Positions 10,448-20,379 of a stretch of DNA of 64,000 bases are shown here, piece after piece. Positions within the stretch are counted from its first letter, which is position 1; each line of letters opens with the position of its first letter. Below the pieces are notes generated by a model. That model was not told the DNA's origin and searched no databases. It saw nothing but the letters and a program-made list of their open reading frames with translations. This DNA is from Patescibacteria group bacterium (GTDB lineage: Bacteria > Patescibacteriota > Gracilibacteria > UBA4473): the NCBI GenBank assembly GCA_965660445.1, contig CBFIAK010000001.1, forward strand, positions 352,001 to 416,000, given 5' to 3'. A program made the translations under genes and the position numbers.

Positions 10448-10894
10448 TTATTTCAGAAAAGACAGTATCTTTCGGGCATATGTTTTTGATGTATACGATT
10501 CAAGATCAGAAACCGCAACCCATGTACCATCACAGAGTTCTGATTCTTGCAACATAATATCACCCGATATATATACCGCATGAAAAAAAACGACAAACGC
10601 TCCTTTATAGAATGTATGACGAGCAAACTCTGGAGGAAAATTGTACCAATAGGTTCCTTTTGGACAGGGAGAAAATCGAACTATAATATCACCACATTCT
10701 TCACAAAGTTCTCGTTTTGCCGCTTCAAGGAATGTTTCGTGCAAATCTTTGCCTCCTTGTGGGAGTTGCCATGCATGATCTTTTCGGGGTTTTTTTACTA
10801 AAAAAAGAGCGTTTCCTCTTTGAAGAATAATCCCTGAAACAGGTCGAAATGCCCGAATTCTGCAAAAATAAAACTGTTGAAGTTTATGCAACAT
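10448..10894 (-). CDS. NUDIX hydrolase
   Basis: Nudix box WQLPQGGKDLHETFLEAAKRELCEECG. Confidence 0.9.
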   Translation of the reverse strand: MLHKLQQFYFCRIRAFRPVSGIILQRGNALFLVKKPRKDHAWQLPQGGKDLHETFLEAAKRELCEECGDIIVRFSPCPKGTYWYNFPPEFARHTFYKGAFVVFFHAVYISGDIMLQESELCDGTWVAVSDLESYTSKTYARKILSFLK

Positions 10895-11375
10895 TCAGAA
10901 TTTCGTAGTGAAAAACTCCTCCTGGAGCTTTTACCTCAACAGTATCTTTTACTTTTTTTCCTAAGATAGCTGTTCCAACAGGGGATTCGTTTGAAATTTT
11001 GTGCATAATAGGATCAGCCTCTGTTGATCCAACAATAGTGTATTCGTGTTGTTCACCCGTTTCATTGAGTTTGAGCATAACAGTTGATCCAATTTGAATG
11101 ATTCCTGTAGCATTTTTTGATTCTTGAATGACTTCTGCGTATTTGATTTGTTCTTCGAGTTCTGAAATTCGGTACTCTAAAAACGATTGTTCGGTTTTTG
11201 CTTCATCGTATTCTGAGTTTTCAGATAAGTCTCCATACGAAATAGCTTCTTTGAGTCGTTCAGCTATCTCTTTTCGACGGGTGTCTTTGAGGTATGCTAA
11301 TTCTTCCTCAAGCTTTTGAAGTCCCTTCGTGGTTACGAGAATTTTTTTTACTGATGATTCGTTCTTTTTAGACAT
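10884..11375 (-). CDS. greA: Transcription elongation factor GreA
   Basis: GDLSENSEYDEAK, ISNESPVG; start moved to MSKKN. Confidence 0.97.
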   Translation of the reverse strand: MSKKNESSVKKILVTTKGLQKLEEELAYLKDTRRKEIAERLKEAISYGDLSENSEYDEAKTEQSFLEYRISELEEQIKYAEVIQESKNATGIIQIGSTVMLKLNETGEQHEYTIVGSTEADPIMHKISNESPVGTAILGKKVKDTVEVKAPGGVFHYEILNVA

Positions 11376-11444
11376 AGTACTAAGAAAAAATATTAAAAAA
11401 GCCTCCAAAATCTAATAGATTCCTAAAAAAAAGCAAGTTTTTAT

Positions 11445-11478
11445 AAAAAAAGGCAGATAGAATTCATTCTATCTGCCT
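11445..11478 (-). terminator. Intrinsic terminator
   Basis: AGGCAGATAGAAT/ATTCTATCTGCCT hairpin followed by T-run on minus strand. Confidence 0.8.
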
Positions 11479-11485
11479 GTAGTTT

Positions 11486-12043
11486 TTACTGGAACTTATC
11501 CAGTATCATGAACTGAGTTATCATTTTTGCAAAAAGATTGAGCGTTTCGAGCTGATCTTTTGGTTTGAATCTATTTCTTAATTTCTCAATATCTCCAGTG
11601 ACCATAACCAGTATTTCGTCGTCTAGGGGAGCCGTTGTAAAAGATATCATTAAGAAAATATCTTCATCTGCCATATAGAGAATAATAACAAGTGCATCGT
11701 ATGATTTTTTCCCTACAGACATACGGTTTTCCTCAATGGCAACTGTCATATAGATGTTACCAGCAGAGGCGTCTTCTCGTTCAATGTAGATATGATTATT
11801 ATGTAAATAATAATCTCCTGCATTATGATTCTCGCGCGTCATATTATTTTTTTCAAGCAATACATGCATTGCTTTTGTGTTGTCTTTCGCTTTTTCAATA
11901 TACCAAAAAGGAAAAGAAACAACCTCCATGTTCATATTTCTCGATTCTAGATCTTCAAGAGAATTGAGCACTTCCACTGCATCTCGTGCTTGCGAAAATG
12001 CAAGAGATGGTATGAACATCAGTGCTACAAAGAATAATTGCAT
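11486..12043 (-). CDS. Secreted hypothetical protein
   Basis: Signal-peptide-like MQLFFVALMFIPSLAFSQA. Confidence 0.7.
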   Translation of the reverse strand: MQLFFVALMFIPSLAFSQARDAVEVLNSLEDLESRNMNMEVVSFPFWYIEKAKDNTKAMHVLLEKNNMTRENHNAGDYYLHNNHIYIEREDASAGNIYMTVAIEENRMSVGKKSYDALVIILYMADEDIFLMISFTTAPLDDEILVMVTGDIEKLRNRFKPKDQLETLNLFAKMITQFMILDKFQ

Positions 12044-12160
12044 AAAAACCTCCAATCTTTATTAAATGATTACTGTCAAAGAAAGAATAATCAGTGTGAA
12101 CTTTTTCGTACCACAGATTATATATTCTAAAATAGCATGTATTTATAATAAGTCAATTTC

Positions 12161-13678
12161 TTAGTTTTTAAAGTTTCGGATGAGACGTTTTTGTTCTTTG
12201 TTGAGTAAGAACTTATTAAATATACGTCCGCTTGGAGTGAGTTTTAAAAACGCGTCTTTAATACTTGGAACACTCATCCGAATGACTTCTCCTCGGGCGG
12301 CTTTTACTCCTGTTTTAGCCGCATTCCCAGCACTTTTCTCCGTAATTTCTTTTGCGGCTTTTTGCTCAGCCTTTTGAAGACCTTCTTTTGTGACTTTTAT
12401 GGTTTGTTTTTTGACTCCATCTTTTGTTTTCTCGGTAATTCCATCTTTTAATACTCGTTTTGTGAGTTGGTCTCGAATTTCAGATTGTGCTATTTTTGTT
12501 CCTCCTCGTAGAGCAAGACCACCTCCCATTGTAGCAAAAATAAACCCAATATCAGCGAGTCCGAATCCCATTTCTATAATAATATCAACAATTTCTTCCG
12601 TTGTGGCGGGTTCTTTTGATTGAAGCGCCGCAATGAGTTTTTCTCCTCCTGTCCAGACTCCATACCCAGGCATCCAGGTTTTGATATTGTCCCAATCGAA
12701 AAAGTCTTCTTTGAATTGTCCAAAATCATCTGCCTCAAGACCTGTTATAAGAGCATCGACGGTTACTTGTGCAACCATCAGTCCTCCAACTCCTTTTACC
12801 ATGCGCATTCCGTTTACTCCTTTTCCTTTTGAGAGTTGTTTCTGGAATCCTTCAGGATCAGCTTTCATACCTTTTTCTAACGCATCACCATAAATTTTCT
12901 GTGTTTGCTTGAGCATGTCTCCACTATGGACGGTATTTCCTTTTTTAAATAAATCATCTAATTGTCCTTTCTGTGCATTTTTGACATGATCGAGGGCTAA
13001 TTTATCAGCTTTGTGTTCGCGAACTTCTGAGGCAACAGCTGTGGCGGTTTTTACATTTTTTTCAGCTAAATCCATGATCTGGTCTTTGTGTTTTCCGATA
13101 TCATGGGCGAGTGATCGTGTTGGAGTCCATAATAATAACTCGTTTTTGTTTGATCGTGCTACTTGATACCCCACGACAGATTTTAAAGCACTCCAAAGTC
13201 CGGAAAAAAATCCGTTTCCACTGTGATATGCTTTTTTGGCAACGTCACCCATGGATCTCATTTTTACAACTCCTTTTTCGTTTTTGTGTGTATAGGTATG
13301 GGCGAAAGTATCAATTCTATCAACCATGCCCCCTCCTCCGCCGTTTCCCATGAACTTTTTCAGTATTGGGTTTTGGCTTGTTTTTTTTAGTGTTTCAAAT
13401 TTTGTGTTGAATTTTCCAAGTTTTGCTTCATCAAAAAACATATCGGTGGCTTCTTTGGCTTTTGGGTTTTTTAAAATATCCTCAATAGTGCCACTGTGTT
13501 TATCGAGTCCAAGCGATTCGGGTGCTATATCTGAGAGTCGCGAAGCAGTGCGTTCTAAAATATCAGTCTTCTTTGTTGTTTCGACTGTGCGGGAGAGCCC
13601 GCGTAGTTCTAAATCAGCTTCAGCATTTGAGCGAATTGTTGGAGATGACGAAATTTTTTCAGGCATGCGTTCAACCAT
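12161..13678 (-). CDS. Hypothetical Lys/Gly-rich protein with C-terminal hydrophobic helices
   Basis: 505-aa ORF; no signal peptide; hydrophobic IVDIIIEMGFGLADIGFIFATMGGGLAL. Confidence 0.75.
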   Translation of the reverse strand: MVERMPEKISSSPTIRSNAEADLELRGLSRTVETTKKTDILERTASRLSDIAPESLGLDKHSGTIEDILKNPKAKEATDMFFDEAKLGKFNTKFETLKKTSQNPILKKFMGNGGGGGMVDRIDTFAHTYTHKNEKGVVKMRSMGDVAKKAYHSGNGFFSGLWSALKSVVGYQVARSNKNELLLWTPTRSLAHDIGKHKDQIMDLAEKNVKTATAVASEVREHKADKLALDHVKNAQKGQLDDLFKKGNTVHSGDMLKQTQKIYGDALEKGMKADPEGFQKQLSKGKGVNGMRMVKGVGGLMVAQVTVDALITGLEADDFGQFKEDFFDWDNIKTWMPGYGVWTGGEKLIAALQSKEPATTEEIVDIIIEMGFGLADIGFIFATMGGGLALRGGTKIAQSEIRDQLTKRVLKDGITEKTKDGVKKQTIKVTKEGLQKAEQKAAKEITEKSAGNAAKTGVKAARGEVIRMSVPSIKDAFLKLTPSGRIFNKFLLNKEQKRLIRNFKN

Positions 13679-13737
13679 AGGGAATAATAAATAAAAATCT
13701 TTTTATTATACCAGAGAAAAACGAAAAAATCAACATA

Positions 13738-14325
13738 TCAGTTTTCGAGTTGTGTGCATCGGAGCAGTAAATGAGGTTCCCATTGAAAAGTGAAAGTGTG
13801 TGAAGAGAACGATTTATTGTCTTGAGCAAGAAATGTTCGAATATGGCTCAAGAATTGTACACAGAGTTCTTTTTGAGTACGAAAATCATGGAGAGACGTT
13901 GTCGTCGAAAGATGATCAGCACCTAATACAAAAGTCCACCAACGAGATATTTCTTGTTGTAGCGATTCTTGAATATTCCAGTGGTTGTATTGTGCCCATG
14001 TGGTTACAAATGGGGTGAATTCTTTTTCGCATAATGCTTTACACCGATATTCATGAAGAGAAAGAAACGCAATAATTGTGAGACTCGGCACTTGGTTATC
14101 AATAAGAAATAGAACAAAAAGGATAGATTCTTTTTCAAGTGATGGAATAATGTTTGCTAAAAATCGATCAAACTCAGTTTGTTTGGTTTCATCTTTTTTG
14201 AGTCCTTGCAGTTTTGCTTGAGTGGCTGCAATGCGTTGAGTTATTTCTTCATTTGGGGTTTCAGAAACGGTTTCTGATACATTCCCCATTAAAAGATTAT
14301 CGAGTGAATCGGGTGCGGTTTCCAT
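13738..14325 (-). CDS. Hypothetical protein
   Basis: Start moved to METAP to avoid overlap with rpmA and its terminator. Confidence 0.65.
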   Translation of the reverse strand: METAPDSLDNLLMGNVSETVSETPNEEITQRIAATQAKLQGLKKDETKQTEFDRFLANIIPSLEKESILFVLFLIDNQVPSLTIIAFLSLHEYRCKALCEKEFTPFVTTWAQYNHWNIQESLQQEISRWWTFVLGADHLSTTTSLHDFRTQKELCVQFLSHIRTFLAQDNKSFSSHTFTFQWEPHLLLRCTQLEN

Positions 14326-14370
14326 ACAAAAAAATAAGAAAGACGCGCCTATCATACTTGAAAAAAACAG

Positions 14371-14400
14371 AAAAAAAAGACACTTTTGGTGTCTTTTTTT
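14371..14400 (-). terminator. rpmA terminator
   Basis: AAAAAAAAGACAC-TTTTG-GTGTCTTTTTTT hairpin. Confidence 0.8.
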
Positions 14401-14422
14401 GTTTTGTTTCTTGAATTGGTGC

Positions 14423-14698
14423 TTATGCAACAACGTTGACAAACCGACGAGGGTATCGACGACCATCAAACCGAATAATTGCTTTTTCGCTAAACTCTAC
14501 TTTTCCGTCTGCTAAAGCAAACAAAGTAAAATCTCGTCCTAAACCAACATTTTTTCCAGGACGAAACACGGTTCCTTTTTGTCGTACAAGAACTTCTCCT
14601 GCACGTACCATTTGTTCCCCAAACCGTTTCACGCCTCGGCGTTTGGCATTGGAGTCTCTACCGTTTTTGGACGAACCACCTGCTTTCTTGTGAGCCAT
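14423..14698 (-). CDS. rpmA: 50S ribosomal protein L27
   Basis: [16 protein letters not shown]. Confidence 0.98.
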   Translation of the reverse strand: MAHKKAGGSSKNGRDSNAKRRGVKRFGEQMVRAGEVLVRQKGTVFRPGKNVGLGRDFTLFALADGKVEFSEKAIIRFDGRRYPRRFVNVVA

Positions 14699-14831
14699 AA
14701 GAGTATTTTCTTAAAAAAATGCTTTCCAACTTTAATAGTTTTTATGACCTTGTCAATTTTTCGTGCTTTTTTTTTGCCGAAACAAGAAAAAGACGCATAA
14801 TGCGGATGTATCATTTCTTGATTTTGTTTCT

Positions 14832-16013
14832 ATGTCTCTCTATTTATGCGTTTTAGGACGTAACCATGAGCTTTCTCGTTCAGAGCTGCAGTATTTTGGA
14901 ACAGAGGTGTTTTCTGATTCAGAGAAAGCGTTATCGATTATGGAACTGAATCGGTTTGAAAACCCACGAAATCTTCCAAGACAAAAAGAACAACTTCTTC
15001 TTGATCGACTTGGAGGTGTTATTCGTATGGCTGAAATTATTGGGGAGTTTCGGAGCGAAACAGAGCTAAAACAATCAATTATTCGGTCTATCCAAAACCA
15101 AAAACCAGAAGGAAAAGTTCATTTAGGCGTTTCTGCGTGGGGGTGTGGACGATCGTTTTTAAAACCATTTTTAAGTACGCTCAAACAAGCACTAAAAGAC
15201 CAAGATCGAAATTGTCGTATTATAAATATTTATGGAGACAACCTGGATTCAGGAAAAATATTCGGAGAGAGATTGTTACAGAAAGGGTTTGAATTTATTA
15301 TTTGGAAACGAGGGGATTCGTATTTATTGAGTCAAACTTGTGCGAACCAAAATTTACAAAATTATACTCTGCGTGATCGACATAAAGGGTTTCGTGATGC
15401 ACAAATGGGAATGTTGCCTCCAAAACTAGCACAAATACTTTTAAATATAGCGAATCCGTCATGGGATGATATTGTTATTGACCCGTTTTGTGGAAGCGGA
15501 ACGGTGAATATTGAAGCTGCTATCGTAGGATACTCAACGCTCGGGAGTGATATTGTCGAAAAACATGTCGTAGAATCACAAAGAAACTATAATGAAATGG
15601 GAGAGAAGTTTCGATATGAGGTAAAGGGCAACGAATTTTTTGTGTCGGATGTACAAAAGTTTCCGTTTTCAAAATATACAAATGCAGTTGTTGTAACAGA
15701 AGGAACACTTGGTACAAATTTTCATCATCGTCCGACACTGAATGATATAGAAAAAGAAAAACAGTCTCTTATTCGTCTCTGGAAAAATGTGTTTGGAACA
15801 ATGAAAGACTCTTCTGTTTCAACTGTTGTATTTTGTTTACCGGCTTGGTTTTTACATGGGAAAACGGTGAGTATTGCCCATCAAGTATTGCAATTAGCGC
15901 AAGATCAAGGGTTTGTGTGTGAACCAGTTGTAAGCTCATCAAATACCTATATTTATGCCCGTCCAGGGGCTTTTGTAGGACGTGAAATTTGCAAAGTAGT
16001 TCGACGCAGCTAG
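14832..16013 (+). CDS. Trm11-like SAM-dependent RNA methyltransferase
   Basis: GMLPPKLAQILLN, DPFCGSGT motif I, THUMP-like N-terminal half. Confidence 0.75.
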   Translation: MSLYLCVLGRNHELSRSELQYFGTEVFSDSEKALSIMELNRFENPRNLPRQKEQLLLDRLGGVIRMAEIIGEFRSETELKQSIIRSIQNQKPEGKVHLGVSAWGCGRSFLKPFLSTLKQALKDQDRNCRIINIYGDNLDSGKIFGERLLQKGFEFIIWKRGDSYLLSQTCANQNLQNYTLRDRHKGFRDAQMGMLPPKLAQILLNIANPSWDDIVIDPFCGSGTVNIEAAIVGYSTLGSDIVEKHVVESQRNYNEMGEKFRYEVKGNEFFVSDVQKFPFSKYTNAVVVTEGTLGTNFHHRPTLNDIEKEKQSLIRLWKNVFGTMKDSSVSTVVFCLPAWFLHGKTVSIAHQVLQLAQDQGFVCEPVVSSSNTYIYARPGAFVGREICKVVRRS

Positions 16014-16159
16014 GGAGTGGAGTTGACTTATTTGTTGTTTTTATTATAAAACACGTGTTCTTTAACACGTAGATATCGGTTCGTTTTTTAAAAACGAGAC
16101 AGGTATCTCAATACATTTTTAACAGAAAAGTAATACATAATAATTCAAGGAGGTCCGTA

Positions 16160-17152
16160 ATGGATAATTCAATAACAATAAAACAGATAGAAGAAAATCT
16201 ATCTCAAAGGATTCAGAGTGTAGAATCCTATTTCACAAGGGTACTTGATGCACTAAAGAATCGTCCTCAAACCCAATATATAAGGGTGAGAACGGAAGAA
16301 ACAAAGGCTGAGCTTATTGTGCGGAGATATGTACATAAAAAGCTTTCACAAGATCCAAGTGCGTTAATTGATCCAATAGCATTTTATGATCGATTAATTC
16401 AAAAGATATCAGGAGAACTTCTCAATGAAGGGATTCAGATGTTTGGTGCAGGGATTTTTATTCAAGATGAAATAGCACAATTGTGTTTGAGTGATGTGTA
16501 TTTGAACACAACTAATACAGAAAACTTATCATCAAGGGTGTCATCTCAGTATATTCAGTTGGAAAAAGAAAACCAGCGTTTATATAAAGATATTCATTCT
16601 TTAAAACAAAAGTACGAAGAAGTAACTCTGCGTGCGACACAGAATTCTGCTGAGGTGAGTGCGCTCAAATCGGCTCTTGATAAGGCACATGCTGTTTTAT
16701 CGGAGAAGATAAAAGAAAAAGAGGCGTCGTTATCTGTTCGCTCTTCAGAAACTCTCGAAAGTGCTCATCGGGAAGAACAAATTCAAGTGTTTAATAATCA
16801 TTTCCCTTTATCTTTTGATGAGGTTATACACGCTTTATCGGAAAACGGAATAGTTCAACCATCTTTAAAAGGGGTAACTATAAAAATGAGGTATTTGTGT
16901 TCGATCGTTATCCCTCATAATGCGGAAGAAATTATTGAAACAATTTTAGAGAATCTTGATACAGAAAAAGAGTCTCGAGAAAAGTTTTGGCAATTTGTTT
17001 TAGAAGCAGGACGTAAGAACAAAATTCTTCATGACAAAGATCTCATTCAGGACCAAGATCCTGTCTACTGGAAAGAAGTATTTCGTATTGGAATTGATCC
17101 TCATATCTCTCATCAAGAACTTATGAGAGCTGCTTTACGGTTTAAAGTGTAA
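16160..17152 (+). CDS. Hypothetical coiled-coil protein
   Basis: 330 aa, AAGGAGG RBS, central heptad pattern. Confidence 0.75.
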   Translation: MDNSITIKQIEENLSQRIQSVESYFTRVLDALKNRPQTQYIRVRTEETKAELIVRRYVHKKLSQDPSALIDPIAFYDRLIQKISGELLNEGIQMFGAGIFIQDEIAQLCLSDVYLNTTNTENLSSRVSSQYIQLEKENQRLYKDIHSLKQKYEEVTLRATQNSAEVSALKSALDKAHAVLSEKIKEKEASLSVRSSETLESAHREEQIQVFNNHFPLSFDEVIHALSENGIVQPSLKGVTIKMRYLCSIVIPHNAEEIIETILENLDTEKESREKFWQFVLEAGRKNKILHDKDLIQDQDPVYWKEVFRIGIDPHISHQELMRAALRFKV

Positions 17153-17186
17153 ACCCCCCCTCTTTCTAAGGAAAGAGGGTTTTTTT
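17153..17186 (+). terminator. Intrinsic terminator
   Basis: CCCTCTTTC-TAAG-GAAAGAGGG followed by T-run. Confidence 0.85.
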
Positions 17187-17267
17187 AATGACTCTTGTGT
17201 TGATCGGGTTCTTGCGCGATGCGCCAAGTGTGGCATCTCGACCATTCGGGACTCTACCGCTGAAGCA

Positions 17268-17293
17268 CAAAAAACCCCCATAAAGGGGTTCTT
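17268..17293 (-). terminator. Probable original tRNA-Asn terminator displaced by the island
   Basis: Minus strand AAGAACCCCTTTATGGGGGTTTTTT directly outside the left att repeat. Confidence 0.75.
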
Positions 17294-17294
17294 G

Positions 17295-17311
17295 ATTTTC
17301 TAACTGGCTCC
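17295..17311. repeat. Left att core (17 bp)
   Basis: ATTTTCTAACTGGCTCC, identical to 35529-35545. Confidence 0.92.
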
Positions 17312-17490
17312 AAAGATTGGAGTTGATTGCTCGCTATTTCGCTTTTGAGAAAGGGGCTTATTGCCCGAATCTGAGACTTGAGGAGAGGTTGGCGAATGAG
17401 ACGGATGAGTGGGTGATGTAGAACAAATTTTCAGTTGAATTTTTAGAGCTAATTGGTAAACTAAAAATAACATACTAATACTTTCACACT

Positions 17491-17712
17491 ATGGAGGAAA
17501 AAAACTCACAAGAAGAAAGAACTATTGGCAAAAAAATCAAAACTTTGCGGAATGAAAGAGGTCTTACTGCAGAAGCTTTGGCTCGTAAAGCGGATATTCC
17601 TTACACTACGCTTTCAAAAATCGAAAGTGACGTGATAAAAAGCCCTACTCTGCCGACTGTGATTAAGATTGCAGAAGGTTTGGAGATTACTTTAGATGAA
17701 TTAATTAAATAA
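17491..17712 (+). CDS. XRE-family HTH regulator (C-protein-like)
   Basis: IKTLRNERGLTAEALARKADI..LSKIES..PTL; directly upstream of hsdM. Confidence 0.92.
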   Translation: MEEKNSQEERTIGKKIKTLRNERGLTAEALARKADIPYTTLSKIESDVIKSPTLPTVIKIAEGLEITLDELIK

Positions 17713-17715
17713 ATT

Positions 17716-20103
17716 ATGGCAATAAAAAAATCAGAATTATATAGCTCGCTTTGGAAAAGTTGCGATGAGCTCCGTGGAGGCATGGATGCATCACAATATA
17801 AAGACTACGTTCTTGTACTTTTATTTGTGAAGTATGTCTCGGATAAATACGCAGGAAAAGCTAATGCCCTTATAGAAATCCCAACAGGAGGCGGTTTTAA
17901 TGACATGGTGAATCTAAAAGGGCAAAAAGATATTGGAGATGGAATAAATAAAATTATTACAAAACTAGCGGAAGAAAATGACTTAAAAGGTGTTATTGAT
18001 CAAACAGATTTTAATGACGATACAAAGCTCGGAAAAGGTAAGGAAATGGTGGATCGATTAACCAAACTGATCGCTATTTTTGAAAATGAAGCTTTGAATT
18101 TTAGTAAAAATAAAGCCGAAGGTGATGATATTTTAGGAGATGCTTATGAGTATCTGATGAGACATTTTGCGACAGAATCAGGGAAAAGTAAGGGGCAATT
18201 TTATACTCCTGCAGAAGTTTCTCGGGTAATGGCAAAAGTAATTGAAATTAATAATTCACAAAGACAAGACCAGACGATTTATGATCCAACTTGCGGAAGT
18301 GGGTCACTTCTTTTGAAAGCGGCAGATGAATCAAGTGTAGGGGTGACAATTTATGGACAAGAAAATGACAATGCCACAGCGGCACTTGCCAAGATGAATA
18401 TGATCTTACATGGAAATCCAACAGCAGAAATTTATAAAGATAATACGCTTTCAAAGCCATTTTTTAAGAATAATGACGGGAGCCTGAAAACTTTTGATTA
18501 TGTGGTGGCTAACCCTCCATTTTCGACCAAGTCATGGAGCAATGGTTTTGATCCTGCAAATGATGAATTTAATCGATTCGAAGACGGTATTCCGCCAGCA
18601 AAAAACGGCGATTACGCTTTTTTCTTGCATATCATTCGCTCACTAAAATCCACAGGAAAAGGAGCGGTGATCTTGCCTCATGGTGTGCTTTTCCGAGGCA
18701 ATGCCGAGGGTGGTATTCGCCGAAATATTATCAAAAAAGGCTATATCAAAGGAATCATCGGACTACCCGCAAACTTGTTTTATGGAACGGGTATTCCCGC
18801 CTGCATTATCGTACTGGATAAAGAGCATGCCCAAAGTCGTAAAGGGATTTTTATGATTGATGCGAGCAAAGGATTTGTAAAAGATGGCAACAAGAATCGC
18901 CTACGATACCAAGATATTCACAAGATTGTGGATGTGTTTAACAAACAAAGTGAAGTACCAAAATTTTCTCGAGTGGTTTCACTCGCTGAGATTGAAAAAA
19001 ACGACTACAACCTCAACATTCCTCGCTATATTGATACGCAAGAAGAGGAAGATATTCAGGATATCGAGGCACATTTACAGGGTGGTATCCCAAGCCGAGA
19101 TATTGATGCACTTGCGAAATACTGGCAAGTGTTCCCAAATCTCCGAAGTGAGCTTTTTATCAATGGAAAACGAGCGAATTATCACGAGGCAAAAGTAGTG
19201 CCCGAGCAGGTAAAAACAACGATCGCCGAACATGGCGAATTCCTAAATTATGCCAAAACAGTGCAGACGATTTTTACCAAATGGAGAGAGAAAAACACGC
19301 AGAAACTCAAAAATATCGGGGTGGGAGTGAAACCGAAGGAACTGATTGTTGAAATTTCCGAAGATATTTTGCAAAGCTTCGCCAGCTCCGAGCTAATTGA
19401 TAAATATGATGTGTACCAAAGCCTGATGTTTTATTGGAACGAGGTGATGCAAGATGATCTCTATATGATCGGCATAGATGGCTGGAAAGCGGAAGTGTAT
19501 CAAGTGGTCGATGCCAAAGGAAAAGCAAAAAAAGATGAGTGGGACTGTGATTTGATTCCAAAAAACCTCGTTATCAATCGCTATTTTGCCGAAGATAAAA
19601 CTGCAATCGAAAATCTCAATGTGGAACTGGAAGAAATCGCTCGAAAAAAGGAAGAAATGGAAGAAGAACACAGCGGAGATGAAGGAGCTTTCTCCTCTCT
19701 CGATAAAATCAACAAAGGAACGGTAAAGGCTCAGATGAAAGAAGTGGAAAAAGATGATGAAGAATACGAGGTTTTGACGAGTTATTTACAGTTTCTGGAA
19801 GAAGAATCAGAACTCAAAAGGCAGATTAAAGAAGCGGAAAAGGCTCTTGATAAAAAACTCTTTGGGAAATACAAAACGCTCACCGAAGACGAGATAAAAA
19901 CGCTCGTGGTGAAGGATAAATGGATGACTGCGGTACACAGTGCCATTGAAGCCGAAATCGAGCGAATTTCGCAAAGTCTGTCGCAAAGAATCAAAGATCT
20001 GACCGAGAGATACACTGCCCCTTTGCCACAGCTGGAAGCTGAAACGGCGGATTTGACTAAAAAGGTCGAGGCTCATTTGGAGAAAATGGGGTTTAGAATT
20101 TAA
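17716..20103 (+). CDS. hsdM: Type I R-M methyltransferase subunit
   Basis: LWKSCDELRG, GQFYTP, DPTCGSGS, NPPF, PHGVLFRG, YNLNIPRYID. Confidence 0.97.
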   Translation: MAIKKSELYSSLWKSCDELRGGMDASQYKDYVLVLLFVKYVSDKYAGKANALIEIPTGGGFNDMVNLKGQKDIGDGINKIITKLAEENDLKGVIDQTDFNDDTKLGKGKEMVDRLTKLIAIFENEALNFSKNKAEGDDILGDAYEYLMRHFATESGKSKGQFYTPAEVSRVMAKVIEINNSQRQDQTIYDPTCGSGSLLLKAADESSVGVTIYGQENDNATAALAKMNMILHGNPTAEIYKDNTLSKPFFKNNDGSLKTFDYVVANPPFSTKSWSNGFDPANDEFNRFEDGIPPAKNGDYAFFLHIIRSLKSTGKGAVILPHGVLFRGNAEGGIRRNIIKKGYIKGIIGLPANLFYGTGIPACIIVLDKEHAQSRKGIFMIDASKGFVKDGNKNRLRYQDIHKIVDVFNKQSEVPKFSRVVSLAEIEKNDYNLNIPRYIDTQEEEDIQDIEAHLQGGIPSRDIDALAKYWQVFPNLRSELFINGKRANYHEAKVVPEQVKTTIAEHGEFLNYAKTVQTIFTKWREKNTQKLKNIGVGVKPKELIVEISEDILQSFASSELIDKYDVYQSLMFYWNEVMQDDLYMIGIDGWKAEVYQVVDAKGKAKKDEWDCDLIPKNLVINRYFAEDKTAIENLNVELEEIARKKEEMEEEHSGDEGAFSSLDKINKGTVKAQMKEVEKDDEEYEVLTSYLQFLEEESELKRQIKEAEKALDKKLFGKYKTLTEDEIKTLVVKDKWMTAVHSAIEAEIERISQSLSQRIKDLTERYTAPLPQLEAETADLTKKVEAHLEKMGFRI

Positions 20104-20121
20104 TAATTAAATTTTTTTATC

Positions 20122-20379
20122 ATGACTAAATCAAACGCAAAAAAGGTTACTAGCAAAAAGGCTGCAACTGCTGCGAGCAAAACCTTAAAAGACGGCAGAA
20201 CTTCTAAAACTACCAAAAGTGCTGCTGGTAGTGCCCTTGCTCAACGCAAAGCACCGAAAAAAACAACAAGTAATAAAGCTGCAACTGCTGCCAGTAAGAC
20301 GCTGAGAACTAAATCCACAGCGAAAAAATCAAAGACTGCTGCTGGTAGTGCTTTAGCTCAAAAACCTAAGAAAAGATAA
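20122..20379 (+). CDS. Small basic K/A/T/S-rich protein with two 39-aa repeats
   Basis: KAATAASKTL...AAGSALAQ twice; stop overlaps next start (TAATG). Confidence 0.8.
   Translation: MTKSNAKKVTSKKAATAASKTLKDGRTSKTTKSAAGSALAQRKAPKKTTSNKAATAASKTLRTKSTAKKSKTAAGSALAQKPKKR

Noticed and set aside
16049-16097. Palindromes AACACGTGTT and TCGTTTTTTAAAAACGA upstream of the 16160 gene
   Set aside because: Plausible operators, but single short occurrences in AT-rich DNA with no assignable regulator
17189-17272. SRP RNA or 6S RNA
   Set aside because: Lacks the SRP domain IV (CAGG..GGAA..AGCAG) motif and is too short for 6S
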